The position numbers and the translations under genes were made by a program. A model generated the notes under the pieces. That model saw nothing but the letters and a program-made list of their open reading frames with translations. It was not told the origin of the DNA and made no database searches. Below are positions 13,988 to 26,858 of a stretch of 64,000 nt of DNA, piece by piece (positions within the stretch are counted from its first letter, which is position 1; every line of letters starts with the position of its first letter). This DNA is from Betaproteobacteria bacterium RIFCSPLOWO2_02_FULL_67_26 (GTDB lineage Bacteria > Pseudomonadota > Gammaproteobacteria > Burkholderiales > SG8-41). Location: NCBI GenBank assembly GCA_001771935.1, contig MERD01000071.1:50148-114147 (forward strand). The letters run 5' to 3'.

Positions 13988-14562
13988 TCACGCACCTTGA
14001 CGAGAGTGGTGTCAATGCCGTTCTGCTTCAGAGCGTCGCGGGTGCGGTTCAGTTCCTCGACGCTGGTGTACGGGCCCACGCGCACCCTGTGCCAGACGCC
14101 CTTGTCCGGCAGCGTCGTGGTCTGTATCGAGGCTTCGACCCCGAGCAGCGCGAGCCGCGCCTTGAGATTGTCGGCGTCGGGTGCGTTCTGGAATGCGCCC
14201 GCCTGCAGGAAAAACGTCTCCTTCGCCGCCGCGCCCGACTTTTTCTGCGCGTCCTTCATCTGCTGGTCGGTGGCGGGCTCCTCGGTTCCAGGCAGGATCT
14301 TGTAGAAGTCGAAGCGCGGCTTGCCGTCGGATGCCTTGGCCGCCTTTTCCGCGTCCTTCGCCGGCGCGGGCGGCGCGCCCTTGGCCGGCTCGCTCTTCGC
14401 GGCGGGCGGGCGGGCGAGGAACGGGCTCGGCATCTTGTTGATGTACCACGCCACCCCGAGCGCGATGCCGAGGCCCAGCACGAGTCCGATCAGGATGCCG
14501 ATCAACAGCGAACTGCCGGATCCGCGGGCCTTGGGCTCCGGCCGCTTGTAGTCCTTGGACAT
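13984..14562 (-). CDS. SPOR domain-containing (FtsN/DedD-like) membrane protein
   Basis: ATG at 14562 (MSKDYKRPEP...) gives one TM segment, a Pro/Ala/Lys-rich linker and a C-terminal FFLQAGAF...WHRVRVGPY SPOR-type domain. The track ORF (to 15501) over-extends into argS. Confidence 0.8.
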   Translation of the reverse strand: MSKDYKRPEPKARGSGSSLLIGILIGLVLGLGIALGVAWYINKMPSPFLARPPAAKSEPAKGAPPAPAKDAEKAAKASDGKPRFDFYKILPGTEEPATDQQMKDAQKKSGAAAKETFFLQAGAFQNAPDADNLKARLALLGVEASIQTTTLPDKGVWHRVRVGPYTSVEELNRTRDALKQNGIDTTLVKVRE

Positions 14563-14570
14563 GCGGTATC

Positions 14571-16322
14571 TTACATTTTCTCGGGGGCGGAAACACCCAG
14601 CAACGCGAGCCCGCTGGCGAGCACCTGCCGCACCGCGCACGCGAGCGCGAGCCGCGCGCGCTGCGTCGCATCGTCTTCCACCAGGATGCGCGTGGCGTTG
14701 TAGTAGCTGTGAAACTGCGCCGCGAGCTCGCGCAGGTAGAAGGTGATGAGATGCGGTGCCAGATCGCGCGCGGCGTCTTCCACCGCCTCGGGATACTCCA
14801 TCAGGCGCGCCAGCAGCCCAAGCTCCTGCTCCGACGCGAGCGCCGCAACCTCGGCAGCCGCGAGCCCGGCCGGGTCGCCCGCCCACTGCTCGAGCAAGCT
14901 GCACACCCGCGCGTGCGCGTACTGGACGTAATAGACGGGGTTCTCGTTGCTTCTCGATTTGGCGAGGTCGAGGTCGAAATCCAGGTGCTGGTCGCTTTTG
15001 CGCAGCAGGTAGAAGAACCGCGCCGCGTCGTTGCCGACTTCCTGCCGCAGCTCGCGCAGCGTGACGAAGTCTCCCGCGCGCGTGGACATGGAAACCTTCT
15101 GCCCGTTGCGGTAGAGCACCGCGAACTGGACCAGCGCGACGGTGAGCTGCCCGGGGTTCAACCCGAGCGCCGCCAGCGCGCCCTTGACGCGCGGGACATA
15201 GCCGTGGTGATCGGCGCCCCAGACATCGATCACCAGGTCGAAGCCGCGCTCGAACTTGTTCAGATGGTAGGCGATATCCGAAGCGAAGTAGGTGTACTGG
15301 CCGTTCTCGCGCCGGACCACGCGATCCTTCTCGTCGCCGAAGGCGCTCGACCGGAACCAGAGGGCGCCGTCCTGGTGATAGGCATGCCCGCGCTCTTCCA
15401 GGATGCGCAGCGCGCGCCCGACTAGCTCGGTATCGAACAGCGAACGTTCCGAGAACCAGTGATCGAACGAGACGCCGAACTCGGCCAGGTCGGAGCGGCA
15501 ATCCTCGAGCTGCTCATTGAGCGCGTAGTCGTGGATGGTGGCGTAATCCTCCCCGAGCGTGCGGCGGGCCAGCGCAATCAATCCGTCCAGCCGCCGCTCT
15601 TCATCCGGCTCGGACAAGGCGGGCCCGAAGACCTCCGCGGTGACGCCGCGGTGGAAGCGGTCGCCATGGCGGGCGTGAATCGCCTGCGCCATCCGGCGCA
15701 CGTATTCGCCCTGATAGGCGTTGCCGGGGAAGTCGATGGCTACGCCGCACGCCGCGAGGTAACGCAGCCAGGCGGAGAGCGCCAGAATGTCCATCTGCCG
15801 CCCCGCGTCATTGACGTAGAACTCGCGGGTGACCTCGAATCCCGCGGCGGCGAGCACGTTGGCGAGGCTGGCTCCATAGGCCGCCCCGCGCCCGTGGCCG
15901 ACGTGCAGCGGCCCGGTGGGGTTGGCCGAAACGAACTCGACCTGCACCCGCTTATTCCGGCCGAGCGCGAGGCTCCCGTATGAGCGGCCCTCTTCCAGAA
16001 TGCGGTTGACGACCTGCTGCTTGTAGTCGCGCCGGAGGAAAAGATTGATGAAACCGGCACCCGCGACCTCGGCTTTCTCCAGGACCGGCGACCGGGGCAG
16101 CCCGGCGACCAGCCGCACTGCTATGTCGCGCGGCCTGGCGCGCAGCGGTTTTGCGAGCTGCAACGCCAGGTTGCAGGCGTAATCACCGTGCCCTGCGTGC
16201 TTGGGGCGATCCAGCACAATGGCGGCCTCGGCGTGATCCGGGGCCAATGTGCGCAGGGCCGCCGCGAGGATTTGCGCCAGCTCTGCTCGCGCGTCGGCAG
16301 GAGGTGCCGGGGGCATGCGCAC
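14571..16322 (-). CDS. argS: Arginine--tRNA ligase
   Basis: 583 aa with the class I HVGH motif (PTGPLHVGHGRG) and the KMSTR-like motif (KVSMSTRAG). Confidence 0.97.
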   Translation of the reverse strand: MRMPPAPPADARAELAQILAAALRTLAPDHAEAAIVLDRPKHAGHGDYACNLALQLAKPLRARPRDIAVRLVAGLPRSPVLEKAEVAGAGFINLFLRRDYKQQVVNRILEEGRSYGSLALGRNKRVQVEFVSANPTGPLHVGHGRGAAYGASLANVLAAAGFEVTREFYVNDAGRQMDILALSAWLRYLAACGVAIDFPGNAYQGEYVRRMAQAIHARHGDRFHRGVTAEVFGPALSEPDEERRLDGLIALARRTLGEDYATIHDYALNEQLEDCRSDLAEFGVSFDHWFSERSLFDTELVGRALRILEERGHAYHQDGALWFRSSAFGDEKDRVVRRENGQYTYFASDIAYHLNKFERGFDLVIDVWGADHHGYVPRVKGALAALGLNPGQLTVALVQFAVLYRNGQKVSMSTRAGDFVTLRELRQEVGNDAARFFYLLRKSDQHLDFDLDLAKSRSNENPVYYVQYAHARVCSLLEQWAGDPAGLAAAEVAALASEQELGLLARLMEYPEAVEDAARDLAPHLITFYLRELAAQFHSYYNATRILVEDDATQRARLALACAVRQVLASGLALLGVSAPEKM

Positions 16323-16327
16323 CGGTG

Positions 16328-17110
16328 TCAGAAAGAGAATTTGACGGGCGCGGTAGCGGCGGGTTGCGCCGCAGGAGCCTGGCGGGCCAGCTCGGGGGGG
16401 TCGGTGACCTTGATATCGTAGAGCAGAAGGTCGCGCCTGACGCCGGGATCCGAGATCGGCTCCACGCCGTGGAACGAGTTGGGCGTCTTGGGAAAGGCAA
16501 ACAGGGTATTGGGCAGATAGGGCATGGTCGCCACGCGCCGGAAGTCCTCGAACAGGTGGTACGGTTCCGCGCCCGCGGAGACGAACCCCGGCTTGCGGGG
16601 TACGTAGATCGAAGTGCCGAGAGGCGCCAGCGACTCATCTGCCGGCAAATAGAACCGCAACGACGCGACTTTCAAAGGTGTGCCGGTATGGGGACCGAGC
16701 GCAAAGGTTGCGGTGTCACTCGCGATTAGCGCCTCGTCGTAGAAGCGCCGGTTACGCACGTCCCCGAAGCGCTCAACGAGGCATTCGAGAAATTTCTGCG
16801 CGATCACCTGTCCGAAGGTCGGGCCGAGCATCCACGACGCCATGTGCCGCCAGAAACCGCGGCAGGGTTCGGGCAATGCGCCGATTTCATCGGAAGTGAG
16901 CGGCAGGACAAGGCGCGAATCCGGATAGTCGCTGACCCGCCCAAGCGATGTCAGCGTCCTGAGCGCCTGCTGCGGCGGCAGATGCTCGCGCAACGCCCGG
17001 TAGTAGTCCGGGGGAAAAACGTCGCGCACGTAGATATGCGGAAAGGGAAACGGATTAATCGGCGCATTCGCGATCTTGTAGAGGACATGAAGATCAACGT
17101 CTGAAGACAT
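16328..17110 (-). CDS. Hypothetical protein, probable double-stranded beta-helix (2OG/Fe oxygenase-like) fold with an HxG variant motif
   Basis: 260 aa; the stop lies 5 nt before the argS start. PFPHIYVRDVF...GPHTGTPLKVASLRFYLP...NSFHGVEP...RRDLL resembles P4H-type DSBH proteins by eye only. Confidence 0.5.
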   Translation of the reverse strand: MSSDVDLHVLYKIANAPINPFPFPHIYVRDVFPPDYYRALREHLPPQQALRTLTSLGRVSDYPDSRLVLPLTSDEIGALPEPCRGFWRHMASWMLGPTFGQVIAQKFLECLVERFGDVRNRRFYDEALIASDTATFALGPHTGTPLKVASLRFYLPADESLAPLGTSIYVPRKPGFVSAGAEPYHLFEDFRRVATMPYLPNTLFAFPKTPNSFHGVEPISDPGVRRDLLLYDIKVTDPPELARQAPAAQPAATAPVKFSF

Positions 17111-17217
17111 ATGCTTTTCGCATTCCTCGAGCGTGAGCAGGATTCCGGAACGGCAGCCGCGGCCCGGTAATCCTGAAAAACACCAATTTTATCACGGCGT
17201 TGGCCCACACCCCGGTC

Positions 17218-19212
17218 CTAGAACTCAAGCGGATCCACGTCGATAGCCCAGCGTGCGCGGTAGGCGCGCGACGACCCCAGTTGCGCACGCCACGCGCGCA
17301 GGAACCCCTGTAGCTGCGCTCGCGATTCCGACTGCACGAGCAGTTGCGCGCGCTCGCGCCCGGCCCGCCGTGGCATGGCGGCCGGTACCGGATCGAAAAT
17401 GCTGATGCGATCGTCGAGTGACCTGCCCGTGCGCGCCGCATCGGTGAGAAACTCGAGGGCGGCGGCGAGCCGCGGCGCCTCCGCCCGCAGCAGTGCCTGG
17501 TGCACGAACGGCGGGAAACCCGCCTGCCGGCGCTCGGCGAGCGCGTCGTCCGCGAACGCCCGGTAATCCTGGCGCGCCAGCGCGGCGTAGAGCGGATGCT
17601 GCGGAAACTCGGTCTGGATCAGCACTTCACCCTGCTTGTCGCCACGTCCGGCGCGTCCTGCAACCTGGGTGAGCAATGCGAACAACCGCTCCGCTGCCCG
17701 GAAATCAGTGCTGTAGAGCTGGCTGTCGGCGTTGAGTACGGCCACCAGGTTGAGATGCGGGAAGTCGTGCCCCTTGGCAATGATCTGAGTGCCGACCAGA
17801 ATGTCCACTTCCCGGTCCTTGATGCGCTGGCGCATCGACTGCCATGCCCGGCGACGGCTCGTGGTGTCGCGATCGATGCGCAGGATGCGCGCGTCGGGAA
17901 AGCACCGCTCCAGCGCCTCCTCCACACGCTGGGTGCCGTGCCCGATCGGCGCCAAGTCGGGATTGCCGCAACCGGGGCAGGCGACGGGCGTCGGCACCGC
18001 GTGCCCGCAATGATGGCAGCGCAGGCGACGCTCCTGGCGGTGCAGCACGAGCCGAGCCGAACAGCGGCGGCAGCCCGGTATCCAGCCGCAGGCCCGGCAG
18101 AACAGCACCGGGGCATAGCCGCGCCGGTTGACGAACACCAGCGCCTGCTCCTGTCTCGCCAGACAGCCGCGCACCCCGGCCAGCAACCGCTCCGACAACC
18201 CCTCGGCGAGCTTCTCGCGGCGGGTGTCGATGCAGGCGATGCGCGGCGGCGGGGCGCCGATGCGGCTCGGAAGCGGGAGCATGGCGTAGCGTCCGCTGAC
18301 GGCGTTGTGGTAGGTCTCGAGGGCCGGCGTGGCCGAGCCGAGCACTACGGGGATGTCGCGCTGCCGCGCCCGCACGACGGCAAGATCGCGTGCCGAGTAG
18401 CGGAGACCTTCAGCCTGCTTGAAGGAGGCATCCTGTTCCTCGTCCACCACGATCAGTCCGAGCTCCGGCAGCGGCGCGAATACGGCAAGCCGGGTGCCCA
18501 ACACGATGCGCGCCCGCCCGTCGCGGGCGGCACGCCAGTGTTCCAGGCGCTCCGATGCCGCGAGCCCGCTGTGCAGGCTGACCATGGGGATTTCGGGAAA
18601 GCGATGCACCACCAGCGCTTCCAGTTGTGGCGTGAGGGCGATTTCGGGTACCAGCAGCAGTGCCTGCTGTCCGGCGGCGAGCGCCGCAGCCATGGCGTGC
18701 AGGTAGACCTCGGTCTTGCCGCTGCCGGTGACGCCGAGCAGGAGGAACGCCTGGAAGTTACCGAGGCGGGCACGGACCGCTTCCGTCGCGCCGAGTTGCT
18801 CCGCGGTGAGCCTGGGCGCGGGGACGACGGGCGGCGGCGCTGCCGCAGCGGTGACTGCAAGGACGTTGCGCGTTCTCTTCCGGGACGGCGCGGCGACGCG
18901 GCGCAATCGCGTCGGCAGTGCGCCCATTATTACCGCGCCCAGAGGGTGGTGGTAGTAGTCGGCGGCGAACCGCAACAGGCGCAGATCTTCGGCTGCAAGC
19001 GGGGGCAGGTCCCGTATTATTTTCAGCGCATGCCTCACGCGCTCCGCGGGCACCTGCGTGGCGCTCAAGGTCTCGAGGATCACGCCGACAGCGATTTTTC
19101 TTCCGAACGGCACCACGACGCGGCGGCCGATATCGGTGGCGGTCGCATCCGGCGCACGATAGTCAAAAAGCGTGTCGACTGGAACGTCGAGTGCAACGCG
19201 GATGATGGTCAT
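17218..19212 (-). CDS. priA: Primosomal replication restart helicase PriA
   Basis: ATG at 19212 (MTIIRVALDVPVDTLFDYRAP), Walker A GVTGSGKT, and the Cys-rich zinc region CRACGW..CRRCS..CHHCG..CPGCG. Confidence 0.95.
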   Translation of the reverse strand: MTIIRVALDVPVDTLFDYRAPDATATDIGRRVVVPFGRKIAVGVILETLSATQVPAERVRHALKIIRDLPPLAAEDLRLLRFAADYYHHPLGAVIMGALPTRLRRVAAPSRKRTRNVLAVTAAAAPPPVVPAPRLTAEQLGATEAVRARLGNFQAFLLLGVTGSGKTEVYLHAMAAALAAGQQALLLVPEIALTPQLEALVVHRFPEIPMVSLHSGLAASERLEHWRAARDGRARIVLGTRLAVFAPLPELGLIVVDEEQDASFKQAEGLRYSARDLAVVRARQRDIPVVLGSATPALETYHNAVSGRYAMLPLPSRIGAPPPRIACIDTRREKLAEGLSERLLAGVRGCLARQEQALVFVNRRGYAPVLFCRACGWIPGCRRCSARLVLHRQERRLRCHHCGHAVPTPVACPGCGNPDLAPIGHGTQRVEEALERCFPDARILRIDRDTTSRRRAWQSMRQRIKDREVDILVGTQIIAKGHDFPHLNLVAVLNADSQLYSTDFRAAERLFALLTQVAGRAGRGDKQGEVLIQTEFPQHPLYAALARQDYRAFADDALAERRQAGFPPFVHQALLRAEAPRLAAALEFLTDAARTGRSLDDRISIFDPVPAAMPRRAGRERAQLLVQSESRAQLQGFLRAWRAQLGSSRAYRARWAIDVDPLEF

Positions 19213-19225
19213 GTCAACAGGGAGT

Positions 19226-19234
19226 TGTGGATAA
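19226..19234 (-). promoter_or_regulatory. Perfect DnaA-box 9-mer (TTATCCACA on the minus strand) just upstream of priA
   Basis: The plus strand reads TGTGGATAA at 19226-19234, 14 nt upstream of the priA ATG. Confidence 0.3.
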
Positions 19235-19453
19235 CCTTGTTGATAGCGGCATCGTTTTGACGTCCCGCTTCTCCAGCGCACGGATTAGCGCAGGCCATAA
19301 GTTGCGACAAAACGCAATATTCATCTTATAAATCAATATGTTATAGAGATGGCTGTCCACTGGGAAGCACTCAAGCATGCAGCACTATGTGGGGCTGTGC
19401 TGCTGTGCATAAGTCCAGCTAGCTGCCTCAAAAGCCAGAACTGGCGCGGTTCT

Positions 19454-20509
19454 TCAGTGATAGGCGCGGCTCTCCTTGTGCACCGCCTCGACCAGTGCCG
19501 CGACGTTCTCAGGGGGCGTGTGCTGCGTGACGCCGTGGCCCAGGTTGAAAACATGGCCGCTGCCCCGGCCGAAGCTCGCCAGCACCGCCGCGACGCCGTC
19601 GCGCACGGCCTGCGGCCCGGCGAGCAGCACTTCCGGGTCGAGGTTGCCCTGCAGCGCGACACGGTGGCCGACGCGCGCGCGTGCCGCGCCGATGTCCACC
19701 GTCCAGTCCAGGCTGACCGCATCGCAGCCGCTTGCCGCGATGGCTTCCAGCCATGCCCCGCCGCCCTTGGTGAAGAGGATGCTCGGCACGCGCCGCCCGT
19801 CGCGCTCGCGCCGGATGCCTTCCACGATGCGCTGCATGTAGCCGAGCGAGCACTCGCGGTATTCGGCCTCGGCGAGCGTGCCGCCCCAGGTATCGAATAC
19901 CATCACTGCCTGGGCGCCGGCTTCGATCTGCGCGTTGAGATAGGCGATGACCGCGCGGCAATTGACCTCCAGGATGTGATGCAGCAGCTCGGGGCGGTCG
20001 CGCAGCATGGCTTTGACGGTGGGGAAGTCGCGGCTGCCGCAGCCCTCCACCATGTAGCAGGCGAGCGTGAACGGGCTGCCGGAAAACCCGATCACGGGCA
20101 CGCTGCCGGCGAGCGCCTTGCGCACCTGGGCGACCGTGTCGATGACGTAGCGCAACTGGCGCCCCGGGTCCGGCACCGTCAGGGCGCGGATCTCGCGCTC
20201 CTCGCGCAGCGGGTGCTCGAAACGCGGTCCCTCGCCTTCGGCAAAGCCAAGCCCGAGCCCCATCGCATCGGGTATGGTGAGTATGTCGGAGAACACGATC
20301 GCGGCGTCGAGCGGAAAGCGCGCGAGGGGCTGCAACGTCACTTCGGTGGCGAGATCCGGATTCTTGGCGAGCGCGAGGAAGCTGCCGGCACGGGCCCGCG
20401 TGGCGTTGTACTCAGGAAGGTAGCGGCCGGCCTGACGCATCAACCACACCGGGGTGTACGAGGTGGGTTGCCTCAACAGCGCCCGGATCAGCGTGTCGTT
20501 CTTCAACAT
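19454..20509 (-). CDS. hemE: Uroporphyrinogen decarboxylase
   Basis: 351 aa with the N-terminus [34 protein letters not shown]. Confidence 0.97.
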   Translation of the reverse strand: MLKNDTLIRALLRQPTSYTPVWLMRQAGRYLPEYNATRARAGSFLALAKNPDLATEVTLQPLARFPLDAAIVFSDILTIPDAMGLGLGFAEGEGPRFEHPLREEREIRALTVPDPGRQLRYVIDTVAQVRKALAGSVPVIGFSGSPFTLACYMVEGCGSRDFPTVKAMLRDRPELLHHILEVNCRAVIAYLNAQIEAGAQAVMVFDTWGGTLAEAEYRECSLGYMQRIVEGIRRERDGRRVPSILFTKGGGAWLEAIAASGCDAVSLDWTVDIGAARARVGHRVALQGNLDPEVLLAGPQAVRDGVAAVLASFGRGSGHVFNLGHGVTQHTPPENVAALVEAVHKESRAYH

Positions 20510-20512
20510 CGG

Positions 20513-20573
20513 GATCGAGGATCGAGGATTGAGTAACCGGCAGCGCTAACTCCTCAATCCCGGTAGCTCAATC
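20513..20573. repeat. Heptamer-array palindromic element (3x GAYYGAG, 19-nt spacer, 3 heptamer slots of which 2 are CTCAATC)
   Basis: GATCGAG GATCGAG GATTGAG (20513-33) ... CTCAATC CCGGTAG CTCAATC (20553-73). It fills the gltD-hemE spacer and is related to the element at 54607-54686. Confidence 0.5.
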
Positions 20574-20582
20574 GTGCCTTGG

Positions 20583-22057
20583 TCAGCGCGGAAGCTCCGA
20601 GTTGCCTACCAGGAATTCATCCACCGCCCGCGCGCACTGGCGCCCCTCGCGGATCGCCCAGACCACGAGCGACTGCCCGCGCCGCATGTCGCCCGCGGCG
20701 AATATCTTGGAAACCGAGGTGGCATAGCAGCCCGGCCCGTCGGTAGTGGCCTTGGCGTTGCCGCGAGCGTCCGCCTCGACACTGAAGGCGTTCAGTACCG
20801 ACTGAACCGGCGAGACGAACCCCATCGCAAGCAGCACGAGGTCGGCGGGCAGGGTGAACTCGGACCCGGGAATCTCGTTCATCCGGCCATCCCGCCATTC
20901 CAGCCGCACCGCTTTGAGCGCCGTGACCTTGCCGCTCATTTCCCCTTCCCCGCCGGCGAACGCCTTGGTGGCGATCGACCAGTCGCGGTCGACGCCCTCC
21001 TCGTGGGAGGAGGAGGTCCGCAACCGCGTCGGCCAGTACGGCCAGACCGGGTTGCGCTCGACGTCGGGCGGCATCGGCAGCAGCTCGAATTGAGTGATGG
21101 ACCGGGCACCGTGACGGTTGGAGGTGCCCACGCAGTCGGAGCCGGTGTCTCCGCCGCCGATGATCACCACGTGCTTGTCGGTTGCCCACAGGTCGGGGAC
21201 GCCCGCGTCGCCCGCGACCCGCTTGTTCTGGAGCGGCAGGAACTCCATCGCGAAGTGCACGCCGTCGAGCTCCCGGCCGGGTATCGGCAGGTCGCGCGGT
21301 TGCTCCGCGCCCCCCGCAAGCACCACGGCATCGAACTCGGCAAGGAGCTTGCCCGGCGCGATCGTGCCGGTCGCCCAGTCGGGGACGCCCTTGCCGGGGC
21401 GCTGGTTCCCGACATGGACGCCGGTGCGAAACGAAACGCCCTCGGCGGCCATCTGTTCCATGCGGCGGTCGATCTGCCACTTTTCAAGCTTGAAATCGGG
21501 AATCCCGTAGCGCAACAGTCCCCCGATGCGGTCGTTGCGCTCGAACACGACGACGCCGTGTCCAGCCCGCGCCAGCTGCTGCGCGCAGGCGAGTCCTGCC
21601 GGGCCGGATCCCACGACCGCCACCTTCTTACCGGTCTTGTGCGCCGCGGGCCGGGGCTGGACCCAGCCCGCGCCCCAGGCCTTGTCGATGATCGCGTGCT
21701 CGATCGACTTGATCCCGACCGCGTCCTCGTTGATGCGCAGCACGCAGGCCTCCTCGCACGGCGCCGGGCAGATGCGCCCGGTGAACTCGGGAAAGTTGTT
21801 GGTCGAATGCAGCGTCTCGATCGCCGCCTTCCAGTCCTGGCGATAGACCAGATCGTTCCAGTCCGGAATGATGTTGTTGACCGGGCAGCCGCTCATGCAG
21901 AACGGAATGCCGCAGTCCATGCAGCGCGCGCCCTGGATCTTCGCCTGCTCGTCGGTCAGGGGCGGGATGAACTCGCGAAAATGCTTCTTGCGGCTCTCTT
22001 TGGCCTCGTAGCGCTCTTCGACCCGCTCGAACTCGAGAAATCCGGTGACTTTTCCCA

Positions 22058-22061
<4 letters not shown>
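20583..22061 (-). CDS. gltD: Glutamate synthase small subunit
   Basis: 492 aa with the Cys clusters CMDCGIPFC and CPAPCEEAC and the FAD/NAD motif [10 protein letters not shown]. The start is GTG 22061 or ATG 22058, overlapping the gltB stop. Confidence 0.95.
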
Positions 22062-26707
<4,646 letters not shown>

Positions 26708-26800
26708 GGGTGTATCCCCGAAAGAATTTTGATTACAACCAGTTACGATCAAATATGTTGCGTTGCCGCATCCACGATGGAAAACACGGCGCAGTCGGCA

Positions 26801-26829
26801 AGTTTACTGGCTTAAGTGGCTGGATTCAA
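26801..26829 (-). promoter_or_regulatory. Candidate sigma70 promoter for gltBD (TTGAAT-N17-TAAACT on the minus strand)
   Basis: The plus strand reads AGTTTA at 26801-06 and ATTCAA at 26824-29, about 90-100 nt upstream of the gltB start. Confidence 0.35.
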
Positions 26830-26858
26830 CCGGAAAACTGCTTTTCGGCGCAGGCGCC

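Noticed and set aside
13984-15501. N-terminally over-extended track ORFs, here 505 aa. Others are 41885..43900 (thiD), 29753..32464 (pilQ), 39962..41545 (hemL), 44206..45471 (pdxA) and 17218..19281 (priA).
   Set aside because: The extensions overlap the upstream gene in another frame and are Arg-rich nonsense. Internal start codons, verified in the DNA, give canonical N-termini and normal protein lengths.
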